64,000 nt of DNA, from NCBI GenBank assembly GCA_052279835.1, contig CP181291.1, positions 3,008,001 through 3,072,000 of the forward strand, in the 5' to 3' direction. Each line of letters begins with the position of its first letter. Position 1 is the first letter of the stretch. The notes below the pieces were generated by a model, which was not told the DNA's origin, did no database searches, and saw only the letters and a list, made by a program, of their open reading frames with translations. The DNA comes from Microcoleus sp. GTDB lineage: Bacteria > Cyanobacteriota > Cyanobacteriia > Cyanobacteriales > Microcoleaceae. The position numbers and the translations under genes were made by a program. Positions 10,915 through 19,986 of this stretch are shown here, in pieces.

Positions 10915-12069
10915 TCAATCTTGACTTTTCAAATAGCCTTCTATCAAACAATCTGTACCCACGGTGCGCCAAGAAACTCGCTCTAAAGTTAAAGCATCAG
11001 TCATTTTGGCAAACCCCAAATCTCCCACAGGAGTTGGAGCCTGGGAGCCTCCCACAATTTTAGGAGCAATAAAAGCCATAATTTTCTGCACCGCACCGTC
11101 AGCAATTGCTTTTGCCGCCAGAGTGCCGCCACATTCCCACAGTACAGACAGAAAAGAGCGATCGTACAAATAACCCATAACATTAGTCGGTGTCAGTGGC
11201 GACAATTCCACAACTTCCACCCCTTTTGCCATCAAAAATGCTTGAAACTCCAGATTAACCCCAGGTTCAGTAAACACCAAAGTAGGTGCACCAGAGGTTT
11301 CCCACAAACGAGCCGACTTGGGCAAATCGAGCGATCGACTCATCACCACCCGTAGGGGATTATGGCGATCGGGTTGATGGCTAGTCAATTGAGGATTATC
11401 CAAACGCACCGTATTTCCTCCCACAATCACAGCATCGCAGCCGACACGCACCCCATGTACTTCGCTCCGAGCCGCCTCGCCTGTTACCCAAGCGCTGTGA
11501 CCGGTAGTGCTAGCAATTTTACCGTCTAAAGTCATCGCATATTTCAAAATTCCGAAAGGACGTCGGTGCAAAATCCGGTGTACAAAAGCCTCATTCAGTT
11601 TCTGACAAGCTTCCTCTTCTACCCCAGCCACAACTTCAATGCCAGTGGCCTGCAACCGAGCAAGTCCTGTACCCGCCACCAAAGGATTCGGATCGACCAT
11701 CCCAGCCACTACTTTTGCCACCTTAGCCTCAATTAAAGCTGCGGAACAGGGAGGAGTCCGCCCATAGTGGTTACAAGGCTCTAGGTTCACATAAACCGTG
11801 GCTCCGGCCGCGAGTTCCCCAGCTTCCCGGAGTGCAAAAACTTCGGCGTGGGGTTGCCCCGCACCTGGGTGAAATCCTTCGCCGACAATTTTGCCGTCGC
11901 GGACAATTACAGCACCCACGAGGGGATTGGGAGCAGTTTTGCCGAGGGCGCGACGGGCTAATTCTATGCAGCGACGCATCATGGCTCGATCGAACTCTTG
12001 AATTTCGCTATTTTTGAGTTGTGTACTTGAGCTGACGATCGCACTAGCGTCCGTCGGAAAAGTTGCCAT
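10915..12069 (-). CDS. ribD: Bifunctional riboflavin biosynthesis deaminase/reductase RibD
   Basis: PNPLVGAV, HAE, LEPCNHYGRTPPC, KYAMTLDGK, ECGG motifs. Confidence 0.95.
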   Translation of the reverse strand: MATFPTDASAIVSSSTQLKNSEIQEFDRAMMRRCIELARRALGKTAPNPLVGAVIVRDGKIVGEGFHPGAGQPHAEVFALREAGELAAGATVYVNLEPCNHYGRTPPCSAALIEAKVAKVVAGMVDPNPLVAGTGLARLQATGIEVVAGVEEEACQKLNEAFVHRILHRRPFGILKYAMTLDGKIASTTGHSAWVTGEAARSEVHGVRVGCDAVIVGGNTVRLDNPQLTSHQPDRHNPLRVVMSRSLDLPKSARLWETSGAPTLVFTEPGVNLEFQAFLMAKGVEVVELSPLTPTNVMGYLYDRSFLSVLWECGGTLAAKAIADGAVQKIMAFIAPKIVGGSQAPTPVGDLGFAKMTDALTLERVSWRTVGTDCLIEGYLKSQD

Positions 12070-12143
12070 AAGATTTTGCTATGATATTTAATCTTGAGTG
12101 TATAGCTTTAACATTCAGGAAGAATAACAGGGGATTAAGAAAA

Positions 12144-12998
12144 ATGACTCAGGACATGAAGCGGGAATTTGCCAGCCGCGAAGAATTAATTACCTACCTG
12201 CGCCAACAGTTCCCCGAAGCCGCCACCAGAGACAGTCACGTATCCCCCACCCTAGGCGGGCGTAAAGCCGCCGAAACAGCACTACAACAAGTCGATCCCG
12301 GCAAGTACAGCTCAACCCGCAACTTTCTCAACGGCGCGGTAACTCGCTTGTCGCCCTATTTACGTTACGGCGTTTTGAGCCTAGCAGAAGTCCGGGATAT
12401 GGTGCTAGCAAAGGTGCGACATCAAGAAGATGCAGTGAAACTTGTCAACGAGTTGGGTTGGCGGGATTATTGGCAGCGACTTTATGCAGAATTGGGAGAG
12501 GGGATTTGGCAAGACCGGGAACCCTATAAAACTGGCTATACCGCTTCATCTTACAGCGAAATCATGCCCGAAGATATCGTTGAGGGGACGACTGGTTTGG
12601 TTTGTATCGATAGTTTCAGCCAGCAGTTGCGGGAAACTGGTTATTTACACAATCACCAGCGGATGTGGATGGCCGCTTATCTCGTGCACTGGCGCAAAGT
12701 GCGCTGGCAAGCTGGAGCTCGCTGGTTTTTGGCACATTTGCTAGATGGAGATCCGGCGAGCAATAATCTTTCTTGGCAGTGGGTAGCTAGCACTTTTAGT
12801 CACAAGGCTTATTTTTTTAATCGGGAGAATTTGGAACGTTACACTAAGGGGGTGTATTGTGGCGATTGTCCTCTGTACGGACAATGTGATTTTGAGGGGA
12901 GTTACGAATATTTGGAAGGGAAGTTGTTTCCTGCGGCAGAAAAGGTCGATCGCACTGGCGGTTCTAAAAGTTGGAATCGTCCTCAAAAACGTCGCTAA
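12144..12998 (+). CDS. DNA photolyase/cryptochrome FAD-binding domain protein (stand-alone)
   Basis: VTRLSPYLRYG, ELGWRDYW, GYLHNHQRMWMA, LLDGDPASNNLSWQWVA. Confidence 0.88.
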   Translation: MTQDMKREFASREELITYLRQQFPEAATRDSHVSPTLGGRKAAETALQQVDPGKYSSTRNFLNGAVTRLSPYLRYGVLSLAEVRDMVLAKVRHQEDAVKLVNELGWRDYWQRLYAELGEGIWQDREPYKTGYTASSYSEIMPEDIVEGTTGLVCIDSFSQQLRETGYLHNHQRMWMAAYLVHWRKVRWQAGARWFLAHLLDGDPASNNLSWQWVASTFSHKAYFFNRENLERYTKGVYCGDCPLYGQCDFEGSYEYLEGKLFPAAEKVDRTGGSKSWNRPQKRR

Positions 12999-13099
12999 TT
13001 AGTTATTTGTTATTGGTTATTTGTTGGTGATAATTACCAACTCTCGATTCCCTCCCATCTTGGAGGGTAGCCCCATTCCCGATTCCCGATTACACATTT

Positions 13100-13513
13100 A
13101 TGAACAATCCGATTATTTGGCTACACGGAGACTGTCTAAACCCCGAAGGCCCCGTTTTTCAAGCATACCCAAATGCACCGGCGATTTGGGTTTGGGATGA
13201 TGCGCTAATCGATGAATGGCAGTTAAGTCTCAAGCGCATCTTGTTTATTTACGAATCTTTGCTGGAATTGCCAGTAATTATTCGGCGCGGCGATGTGGCG
13301 ACAGAAGTTATGGCTTTTGCTCAAGAATTGAGTGCTAATCAAATAGTGACTACTGAAAGTCCCAGTCCTCGATTTCAGGATATTTGTATCACAATTGGGC
13401 GATCGCTCCCTGTGGAAATTTTATCCCCAGAACCCTTTGTGCGCTATGATGGCTACATTGATTTGAAGCGTTTTTCCCGCTACTGGCGCGTAGCGGAAAA
13501 ATATGTTTTTTAA
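13100..13513 (+). CDS. Small protein resembling the photolyase alpha/beta (antenna) domain
   Basis: IIWLHGDCL..PAIWVWD..KRILFIYESLLEL..RRGD echoes the photolyase N-terminal domain; follows the FAD-domain gene. Confidence 0.65.
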   Translation: MNNPIIWLHGDCLNPEGPVFQAYPNAPAIWVWDDALIDEWQLSLKRILFIYESLLELPVIIRRGDVATEVMAFAQELSANQIVTTESPSPRFQDICITIGRSLPVEILSPEPFVRYDGYIDLKRFSRYWRVAEKYVF

Positions 13514-13621
13514 TTAATTCAGGACTTACGCACCACCTCTGCATATCCCGTTATGTAGGGACAAAGCACATCCGCAGTTACTCAATCTGGTTCCTAGAGC
13601 TTGAAGCTATTAGATACTAAA

Positions 13622-13710
13622 CGGAGAGGGAGGGATTTGAACCCTCGAAGGATGTTAACACCCTTAACAGATTAGCAATCTGCCGCTTTCGACCACTCAG
13701 CCACCTCTCC
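13622..13710 (-). tRNA. trnS: tRNA-Ser (GCT)
   Basis: Reverse complement GGAGAGGTGGCTGAGTGGTCGAAAGCGGCAGATTGCTAATCTG...GAGGGTTCAAATCCCTCCCTCTCCG: cloverleaf, anticodon GCT, long variable arm, no encoded CCA. Confidence 0.96.
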
Positions 13711-14322
13711 TCGATGACAGTAACTAATGATAGCACACAGATTATGGCTGTGGCAACCCCTAATTCAAAAATTCCTAAATCGCTTACCCTGTCTAGATTT
13801 CAGCATTTATTGCTCTCCCATAATTCCTGTGGCACAGGCAGGATTCCTGTTCTTGACTGTTTCAGAGAAGTCTATTGAAATTTGTAAAGTTCTAACATCC
13901 GTTGGATTTTGGGCAACTGTCTTTCAGATTTCCCATAAGCCAGCCAGATGCGATATTAGAAATCTCCTAAAATGATGGTAGGTAGGAATCTTGCCTCCCC
14001 TTGACAGGCTTTTTGGCAGATGTCTATTAAACGTAAAATCCTTTGGTGTGAGAAACCAGACTTTTTTACTCAGTGTGGTTTCTGGATCTTCTATTTTTTT
14101 AAAGTGGGTTTACTTAGTACCTGCTTTTTTGATTCACTAACTGTACTAAAATAAGCCATGCCCTTCGAGAACATTATCGCCAAATCTTCGTCAGTGATTT
14201 TTATGTGGTCGAAAGCAGTTTTTTTCTACTGCACGGATTAATTTGGGGGACAAATATTAAAATCGCCCATCTAAAAACATGAGAATAAATTCGCAATTTG
14301 GGCTGATAATTAAGATAGCGAA

Positions 14323-15726
14323 ATGAATAAGGTATTAGGGTATAATATAAATTTGAGTGGACAGGGTATGGAACTAGATTTACAGAGATTTTATAAGGTT
14401 TGCAATCCCAGCTACACCCTCGCAGTAGCAAATTCAGAAGACAAAAAATATTACATCGAATTCTCTTCGGTTAGGGGTGGCACAATCGTAGAACAATTGG
14501 AGCGGACGATCAGCCGTCTCTCCCCTGACGAACCCACTTGCCAATTATTCACGGGGCACATTGGCTGCGGTAAATCTACAGAATTGTTACGTCTCCAATC
14601 TGAATTGGAACATCAGGGATTTCACGTAGTCTACTTTGAGTCTAGCAAGGACTTGGATATGGCAGATGTGGATATAACTGACATTTTATTGAGTGTGGCT
14701 CGTCAGGTGAGCGAAAGTATTGAGAAACTAAAAATTAAGCTGCAACCGACAGGTTTTAAGGCTTTGCTCAAGGGGGTGGCAGATGTTTTTCAAACTCAAA
14801 TCGATCTGAAAGCTGACGCAAATTTTCCGGGTGTGGGGGAAATAAGTGCGAGCACGGAGGGAGAATTTTCTTTGGCTTTTGGTATTGGTAAAATTACCGC
14901 AAAAGCTAAGGATTCTCCGAATTTGCGATCGGAGTTGAGGCAATATTTGGAACCTCGAACTAATGTGATTTTGGAGGCTCTGAATAAGGAGTTGCTAGAA
15001 CCAGCTATTCAAGCACTCAAAAGTCGGGGAAAACGAGGCCTGGTGGTGATTATTGATAATCTCGATCGCATACATTTGTGCGCTAAGCCCACAGGACGAC
15101 TTCAGCCGGAATATCTGTTTGTCGATCGCGGTGAACAGTTGGCCAGACTCAATTGTCACGTAGTTTATACCATTCCTTTGGTGTTGATATTTTCTAACGA
15201 TTTGGGTCAGTTGACCAATCGGTTTGGGGTCGATCCCAAGGTGTTACCAATGGTCCCGGTACAGAGCCGCAATGGTTCTGAGTGCACAGAGGGTGTAGAG
15301 TTGTTGCGCCAGATGGTGTTGGCTCGCGCTTTCCCAATGGTGCAGGAAAACGAACGCTATGCTTTGATTGGCAAGATTTTTGATTCTCCCGAAACCCTCG
15401 ATCGCCTCTGTCGAGTTAGTGGCGGACACGTCCGTAATTTGCTGCAACTACTTTATGGTTGTCTCCAGAGAGAAGATCCACCGCTGTCTAGGGAAACCTT
15501 GGAAAAGGTAATCGTTCAGCGACGTCATCAGCTCACTTTGGCCATCGAGCCTGATGAGTGGGAACTGTTGAAGCAAGTATCCTCAGCCAAAACAGTCAGC
15601 GGAGAAACTAAATATCAAATTTTGTTGCGCAGCCTGTGGGTATTTGAGTACCGTTATGGTGAGGATTATTGGTTTGATGTCAACCCTATTTTGGCTGACG
15701 CCAAAGAGTTGACAGTTGACGGTTGA
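14323..15726 (+). CDS. P-loop NTPase (cyanobacterial AAA/KAP-like ATP-binding protein); start may be 14368
   Basis: Walker A GHIGCGKST, Walker B VVIIDNLDR, SGGHVRNLL. Confidence 0.85.
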   Translation: MNKVLGYNINLSGQGMELDLQRFYKVCNPSYTLAVANSEDKKYYIEFSSVRGGTIVEQLERTISRLSPDEPTCQLFTGHIGCGKSTELLRLQSELEHQGFHVVYFESSKDLDMADVDITDILLSVARQVSESIEKLKIKLQPTGFKALLKGVADVFQTQIDLKADANFPGVGEISASTEGEFSLAFGIGKITAKAKDSPNLRSELRQYLEPRTNVILEALNKELLEPAIQALKSRGKRGLVVIIDNLDRIHLCAKPTGRLQPEYLFVDRGEQLARLNCHVVYTIPLVLIFSNDLGQLTNRFGVDPKVLPMVPVQSRNGSECTEGVELLRQMVLARAFPMVQENERYALIGKIFDSPETLDRLCRVSGGHVRNLLQLLYGCLQREDPPLSRETLEKVIVQRRHQLTLAIEPDEWELLKQVSSAKTVSGETKYQILLRSLWVFEYRYGEDYWFDVNPILADAKELTVDG

Positions 15727-15783
15727 TGCTTGAGAGTTGATGGTTGACAGCTCATAGCTCACAGTCAACCGTCAACTCAAAAA

Positions 15784-16761
15784 ATGATTAAAGGTACTAC
15801 TAAATTGTTGGGAGTGATTGGTCATCCGATCGCCCATTCTCTGTCACCCGTGATGCACAATGCTGCGATTTCCCATTTGGGAGTCGATTTTGTTTACCTA
15901 GCATTTCCGGTAAAACCAGAGGATCTAAAAGCTGCTCTTTTAGGCTTTGAGGCGATCGGCTTGCGGGGATTTAGCATCACCATTCCCCACAAACAAGCAA
16001 TCCTACCCCTGTTGTCCGAGGTTTCTCCCATTGCTCGTGCGATCGGTGCTGTCAATACCGTGTACCGAACTGACAAAGGTTGGTGCGGTACAAATACTGA
16101 TGTGGAAGGCTTTCTCGCCCCGCTGCAACCCCCCCCAATCCCCCCTTACCAAGGGGGGGCTACAGAGGTGAAATCTGCCTTAGAAAGTGGCAATATGACT
16201 GCCGAATCCTCTCCCTCCCCTGACCAAGGGGGGGCTAGGGGGGAGTCCGATTGGAGTCAGAAAGTAGCCGTAATTTTGGGAAATGGGGGTGCGGCGAGAG
16301 CGGTGGTGGCGGGCTGTGCTCAATTGGGCTGTGCCGAGATTCATGTTGTGGGCCGCCATCAGCAAAATTTGGCGGAATTTCAGCAGAGTTGGGTTGATTC
16401 TCCCATACCTGTCAAATCTTTGCAAGTTCATACTTGGGATAATTTGTCAAGGTTAATTTCTCAGGCCGATTTGCTAGTCAACACGACTCCGGTGGGGATG
16501 TATCCCCAGGGAGAAAAGTCGCCGATTCCGTTAGCTGCGATCGACCAAATTTCCCCAGGTGCGATCGCCTATGATTTAATTTACAACCCCAGCCCTACTC
16601 AATTTCTCAAAGATGCCCAACTTCGCGGAGCCCAAGTCATTGACGGACTCCCCATGTTAGTTCAACAAGGAGCCGCCGCCTTAAAAATTTGGCTGGAGAC
16701 AGAATCAGTCCCCGTAAAAGTCATGCGCCTCGCCTTGCGAAAGCATTTGGGCTTAGATTAA
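15784..16761 (+). CDS. aroE: Shikimate dehydrogenase, with in-frame repeat insertion
   Basis: GHPIAHSLSPVMHN, TIPHK, GAVNT, NTDVEGF, GNGGAARA, NTTPVGM, YDLIYNP, DGLPMLVQQG. Confidence 0.95.
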   Translation: MIKGTTKLLGVIGHPIAHSLSPVMHNAAISHLGVDFVYLAFPVKPEDLKAALLGFEAIGLRGFSITIPHKQAILPLLSEVSPIARAIGAVNTVYRTDKGWCGTNTDVEGFLAPLQPPPIPPYQGGATEVKSALESGNMTAESSPSPDQGGARGESDWSQKVAVILGNGGAARAVVAGCAQLGCAEIHVVGRHQQNLAEFQQSWVDSPIPVKSLQVHTWDNLSRLISQADLLVNTTPVGMYPQGEKSPIPLAAIDQISPGAIAYDLIYNPSPTQFLKDAQLRGAQVIDGLPMLVQQGAAALKIWLETESVPVKVMRLALRKHLGLD

Positions 16762-16823
16762 CTAGCAATTTGCTACGGAATTCGCGCTAAGCTGAGATTT
16801 AAAATATCCTGGCGCTGCCACCT

Positions 16824-17255
16824 ATGAAATTTAGAGCTATCAGCCTGTTTTTCGCTACTTGCCTGATCGGAATTTTTAGTTTAGCATTCACTCCACCAGC
16901 TTGGGCGCTGACACAAATTAAACTATCGGATCTTTCCTATCGCGAATGTCCGGCAGAAATGGCAGAAGGAACCGTCACTAGCGGCAGTTCCATGGAAGCT
17001 AACTGTTTTTTAATTACTGGTAAAGCTGAAAATACCAGCGGTAAACCTGTTGTTAATGCTGATATTTTCGGTCGAATTTATGATGCCGATGACAACCCGG
17101 TGATGCAGAATCGGACTCGTTTGGGGTCCATCGAAGAAGTTCCTCCCGGAGTCAGCGATTTTCAGCTTAGAATCTCCGTGGCGGCTAATCAACCAACTCC
17201 TTTGAAACTCAAACAGTTTAAAGCTACTGGTTTTACTGGTGTAGTGCGTCGCTAA
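16824..17255 (+). CDS. Exported hypothetical protein
   Basis: Signal peptide ending PAWA; two Cys; 143 aa. Confidence 0.7.
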   Translation: MKFRAISLFFATCLIGIFSLAFTPPAWALTQIKLSDLSYRECPAEMAEGTVTSGSSMEANCFLITGKAENTSGKPVVNADIFGRIYDADDNPVMQNRTRLGSIEEVPPGVSDFQLRISVAANQPTPLKLKQFKATGFTGVVRR

Positions 17256-17258
17256 AAA

Positions 17259-17293
17259 TATAAACCCGACTTCTGAAAAAAGTCGGGTTTATA
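17259..17293. terminator. Bidirectional hairpin terminator between convergent genes
   Basis: TATAAACCCGACTT-ctgaaaa-AAGTCGGGTTTATA inverted repeat. Confidence 0.7.
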
Positions 17294-17325
17294 ATTATTC
17301 TATTATTGGAACTCGACTTAATTAG

Positions 17326-17613
17326 CTAGAGTGCTGTTTGCAAGTTGCTTAAAAGACCGATCAAGAATTCCGAGCCGAACTGAAGGACAAAAAAGGCAAT
17401 CAGGGGAGAAAAGTCAATACCTCCTAGGGGGGGGATTATTGAGCGAAATAAATTAAGGTAAGGGTCTGTTAACTGACTCAAAATCGAAAAAGGAGGGTCA
17501 TACCAATTGATGTTGGGAAACCAGCTTAACAGCACCCGAATAATCATGAGAACGAAATAGATTTGCAGAAATGATGAGAGGGTGGTTGCCAAAAGCCCTA
17601 TTGAATAACTCAT
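17326..17613 (-). CDS. yggT: YggT/Ycf19 family membrane protein
   Basis: IIRVLLSWFP..LTDPYLNLFRSIIPPLGGIDFSPLIA. Confidence 0.92.
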   Translation of the reverse strand: MSYSIGLLATTLSSFLQIYFVLMIIRVLLSWFPNINWYDPPFSILSQLTDPYLNLFRSIIPPLGGIDFSPLIAFFVLQFGSEFLIGLLSNLQTAL

Positions 17614-17795
17614 AAATTTTGCTTGATGTTGAGTAAAGTTTAGAAAAGCTTTGAGTTTTAGTTTAGCATAACTGGCGCAGTGAAGCGATTTTCGCTGTTG
17701 GATTCTAGATTGAGGATTGCAGAATTCACCCCACGGATCAATCCGGGGGCTGGTAGCCAATTGCTTTTGGTTATGCTAAGCAACCTGAAATTGAT

Positions 17796-18116
17796 TCAGG
17801 AATCTTCAGCTAAAGAACTTTGGCTGGTGTGCTGTACGTTGCCATTCACGTCACGGATTTCCAGTCGCACATCATCGATGGCCTGATTGAGTTGGGCAAT
17901 TTTATCTTCTAAACTCAGCCTTGCTACTTCCATGCGTTGGGCTTCCATTTGGCTGCTTTTGCCCTTGCTTCCCTTGATGGACTTGGACTCTGAGGGGTCT
18001 GCCAGGAATGCCTCAGCAGCGCGTCTCGATAGCACCGCCCCCAAAACAGCACCCACCAAGCCACCAACTGCGGCACCTGCAATAAATCCGCCTGTAAAAC
18101 CGTCTCGATTGCTCAT
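17796..18116 (-). CDS. Hypothetical protein (Gly-zipper TM segment + coiled coil)
   Basis: GFTGGFIAGAAVGGLVGAVLG; SLEDKIAQLNQAIDDVR; co-oriented upstream of yggT. Confidence 0.8.
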   Translation of the reverse strand: MSNRDGFTGGFIAGAAVGGLVGAVLGAVLSRRAAEAFLADPSESKSIKGSKGKSSQMEAQRMEVARLSLEDKIAQLNQAIDDVRLEIRDVNGNVQHTSQSSLAEDS

Positions 18117-18853
18117 TTTTCAACTCAACTAGGCGATATTTCCTTGATTTTTTCATTGTAACCAGATGAGGGGGCAGGTTTGACCACGGTACACCACCTA
18201 GGATTCTAGAGGGTAACTAAACCAGCCCCTTGTAACCCTTGTATCTTAAAAGAGTCAGTCGATCGTACTGTCAATCATCTGTAACGGTCAAAAAAGTTTT
18301 TAAAGAACATGAGCCATCTGTGAAGTTGACCAGTCTCGATCGACTCAACAAGTCTGTAGCAGCCTGTAAATGACAGCGACAGTTTTAGGCATAGACATCT
18401 TTAATGTCACGTTAATTCGTGAAATACTTCAATTTAGAATGCAACTCATAGAGCACCCAATTGTTAATTTTTTGTGGTTTTAGATAACAGATTAAGTTTC
18501 CGAATAGTCAAATAAATTACTTTGTCAAAAAACTAACAACCTAGAATATCTAAGCTTACAAAATTAATAAATTGTTTTTGAGAAAGGTAGCTAAAGTGGC
18601 TAACTTAAGTGGCTAACTGTCCTGGACGTTTTAAATTGATCGAGACAACGTTGATATATATCGAGGCGCTTGCGATCGCCCGATACAGTTCAAACAAATT
18701 CACGATTGTTTTTGGAGAAATCTCAGATGGCTTACATTCCAGGTATAGCCTTTCTCAGGTAGATGAGATACAATGTAACTGACAAGAACAGAGTGGAAAA
18801 TATTTAGTTCAAAAAGATCGCACAGCTCTAATTCAATCTTGTGATTGAAGCCC

Positions 18854-18991
18854 CGATCGGGTCACAGCAGTCGATCGGGTCACAGCAGTCGATCGGGTCA
18901 CAGCAGTCGATCGCCAAAAGCAGTCGATCGCCAAAAGCAGTCGATCGGGTCACAGCAGTCGATCGCCAAAAGCAGTCGATCGGGTCACAGC
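18854..18991. repeat. Tandem array of 18-bp and 17-bp units, each starting CGATCG
   Basis: A=CGATCGGGTCACAGCAGT, B=CGATCGCCAAAAGCAGT; order A A A B B A B A(partial). Confidence 0.95.
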
Positions 18992-19029
18992 TATTCCCTG
19001 ATTGTAAAAAGCATCACACCTTACTAAAA

Positions 19030-19986
19030 ATGAAATCTTATTCTATTGACTTTCGACAAAAAATAATTAATGTTTACCATAGTGAGCCCATCTCACAAAG
19101 ACAAATAGCCAAGCGGTTTTGTGTGGCGACTAGCTTCGTTCAAAAATTGCTTAAACAGTATCGCCAAACCCAAAGTATTGCCCCTCAAACTCATCGATGC
19201 GGGGGCCTACTTAAACTCAAACCTGAACAACTGGTTATTTTAGCGGAATTAATTGAAAAAAATAACGATGCCACCCTCGAAGAACTCTGTCATTTACTCG
19301 AGCAAAAAATCGGCGTAAATATCAGTAGGGCTACAATGGGAAGAATGGCACAACGGTTGAACATAACTTACAAAAAAAAAACTCTCTTCCCCTCAGCTAA
19401 AGGCAGTGACAGAGTTCAAAACCTTCGATATGAGTTCTGGCAGCAAATCCGAAATCTGAATATGAATAATTTAATATTTATTGATGAGTCGGGGGTTAAT
19501 CTAGCTATGGTTAGATTATATGCCCGGTCGTTAAAAGGCTCAAGAGCCCTTGGGCCTAAACCAAATAGACGTGGCAAAAATGTCTCGATATTGGGAGCAA
19601 TATCTGTCAAAAAACTGCTGACATCAGTGAATTTATTAGGCTCAATAGATGGGATTACTTTTGAGGCTTTTATCATCAGAAAACTTGTGCCAAAACTCTG
19701 GAAAGGTGCTTGTGTATTGATGGACAACTATAGTATTCACAAAGGGGAAGAAATAGAAAAAGCCATTAAGAAAGCGGGAGCAAAGTTAATATTTTTACCC
19801 CCGTATTCTCCCGACTTTTCGCCAATTGAAAATGTATGGTCAAAGCTGAAGTATCTTCTCCGTACTTTTGGTGCGAGAACCTATCAAGCATTAGACTCGG
19901 CGATAGTAAGCGCATTTGAGCAAATTGATGAGCAAGACCTGTGGAATTGGTTTACTCACTGCTGTTATTGCACCTCATCTATCTGA
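19030..19986 (+). CDS. IS630-family transposase
   Basis: MKSYSIDFRQKI HTH start; DDE residues in IFIDESG, LMDNYSIH, LPPYSPDFSPIENVWSKLK. Confidence 0.93.
   Translation: MKSYSIDFRQKIINVYHSEPISQRQIAKRFCVATSFVQKLLKQYRQTQSIAPQTHRCGGLLKLKPEQLVILAELIEKNNDATLEELCHLLEQKIGVNISRATMGRMAQRLNITYKKKTLFPSAKGSDRVQNLRYEFWQQIRNLNMNNLIFIDESGVNLAMVRLYARSLKGSRALGPKPNRRGKNVSILGAISVKKLLTSVNLLGSIDGITFEAFIIRKLVPKLWKGACVLMDNYSIHKGEEIEKAIKKAGAKLIFLPPYSPDFSPIENVWSKLKYLLRTFGARTYQALDSAIVSAFEQIDEQDLWNWFTHCCYCTSSI

Noticed and set aside
13622..15726. tRNA-Ser as an integration site for an island
   Set aside because: No integrase nearby and no duplicated tRNA 3' end noticed in the window
18854..18991. Possible CRISPR array
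   Set aside because: Units are 17-18 bp with only two variants and no unique spacers; no cas genes; lies inside an IS
18841..19029. N-terminal extension of the IS630 transposase and overlapping ORF 18845-19027
   Set aside because: Translation of the tandem repeat; the typical transposase start is ATG 19030
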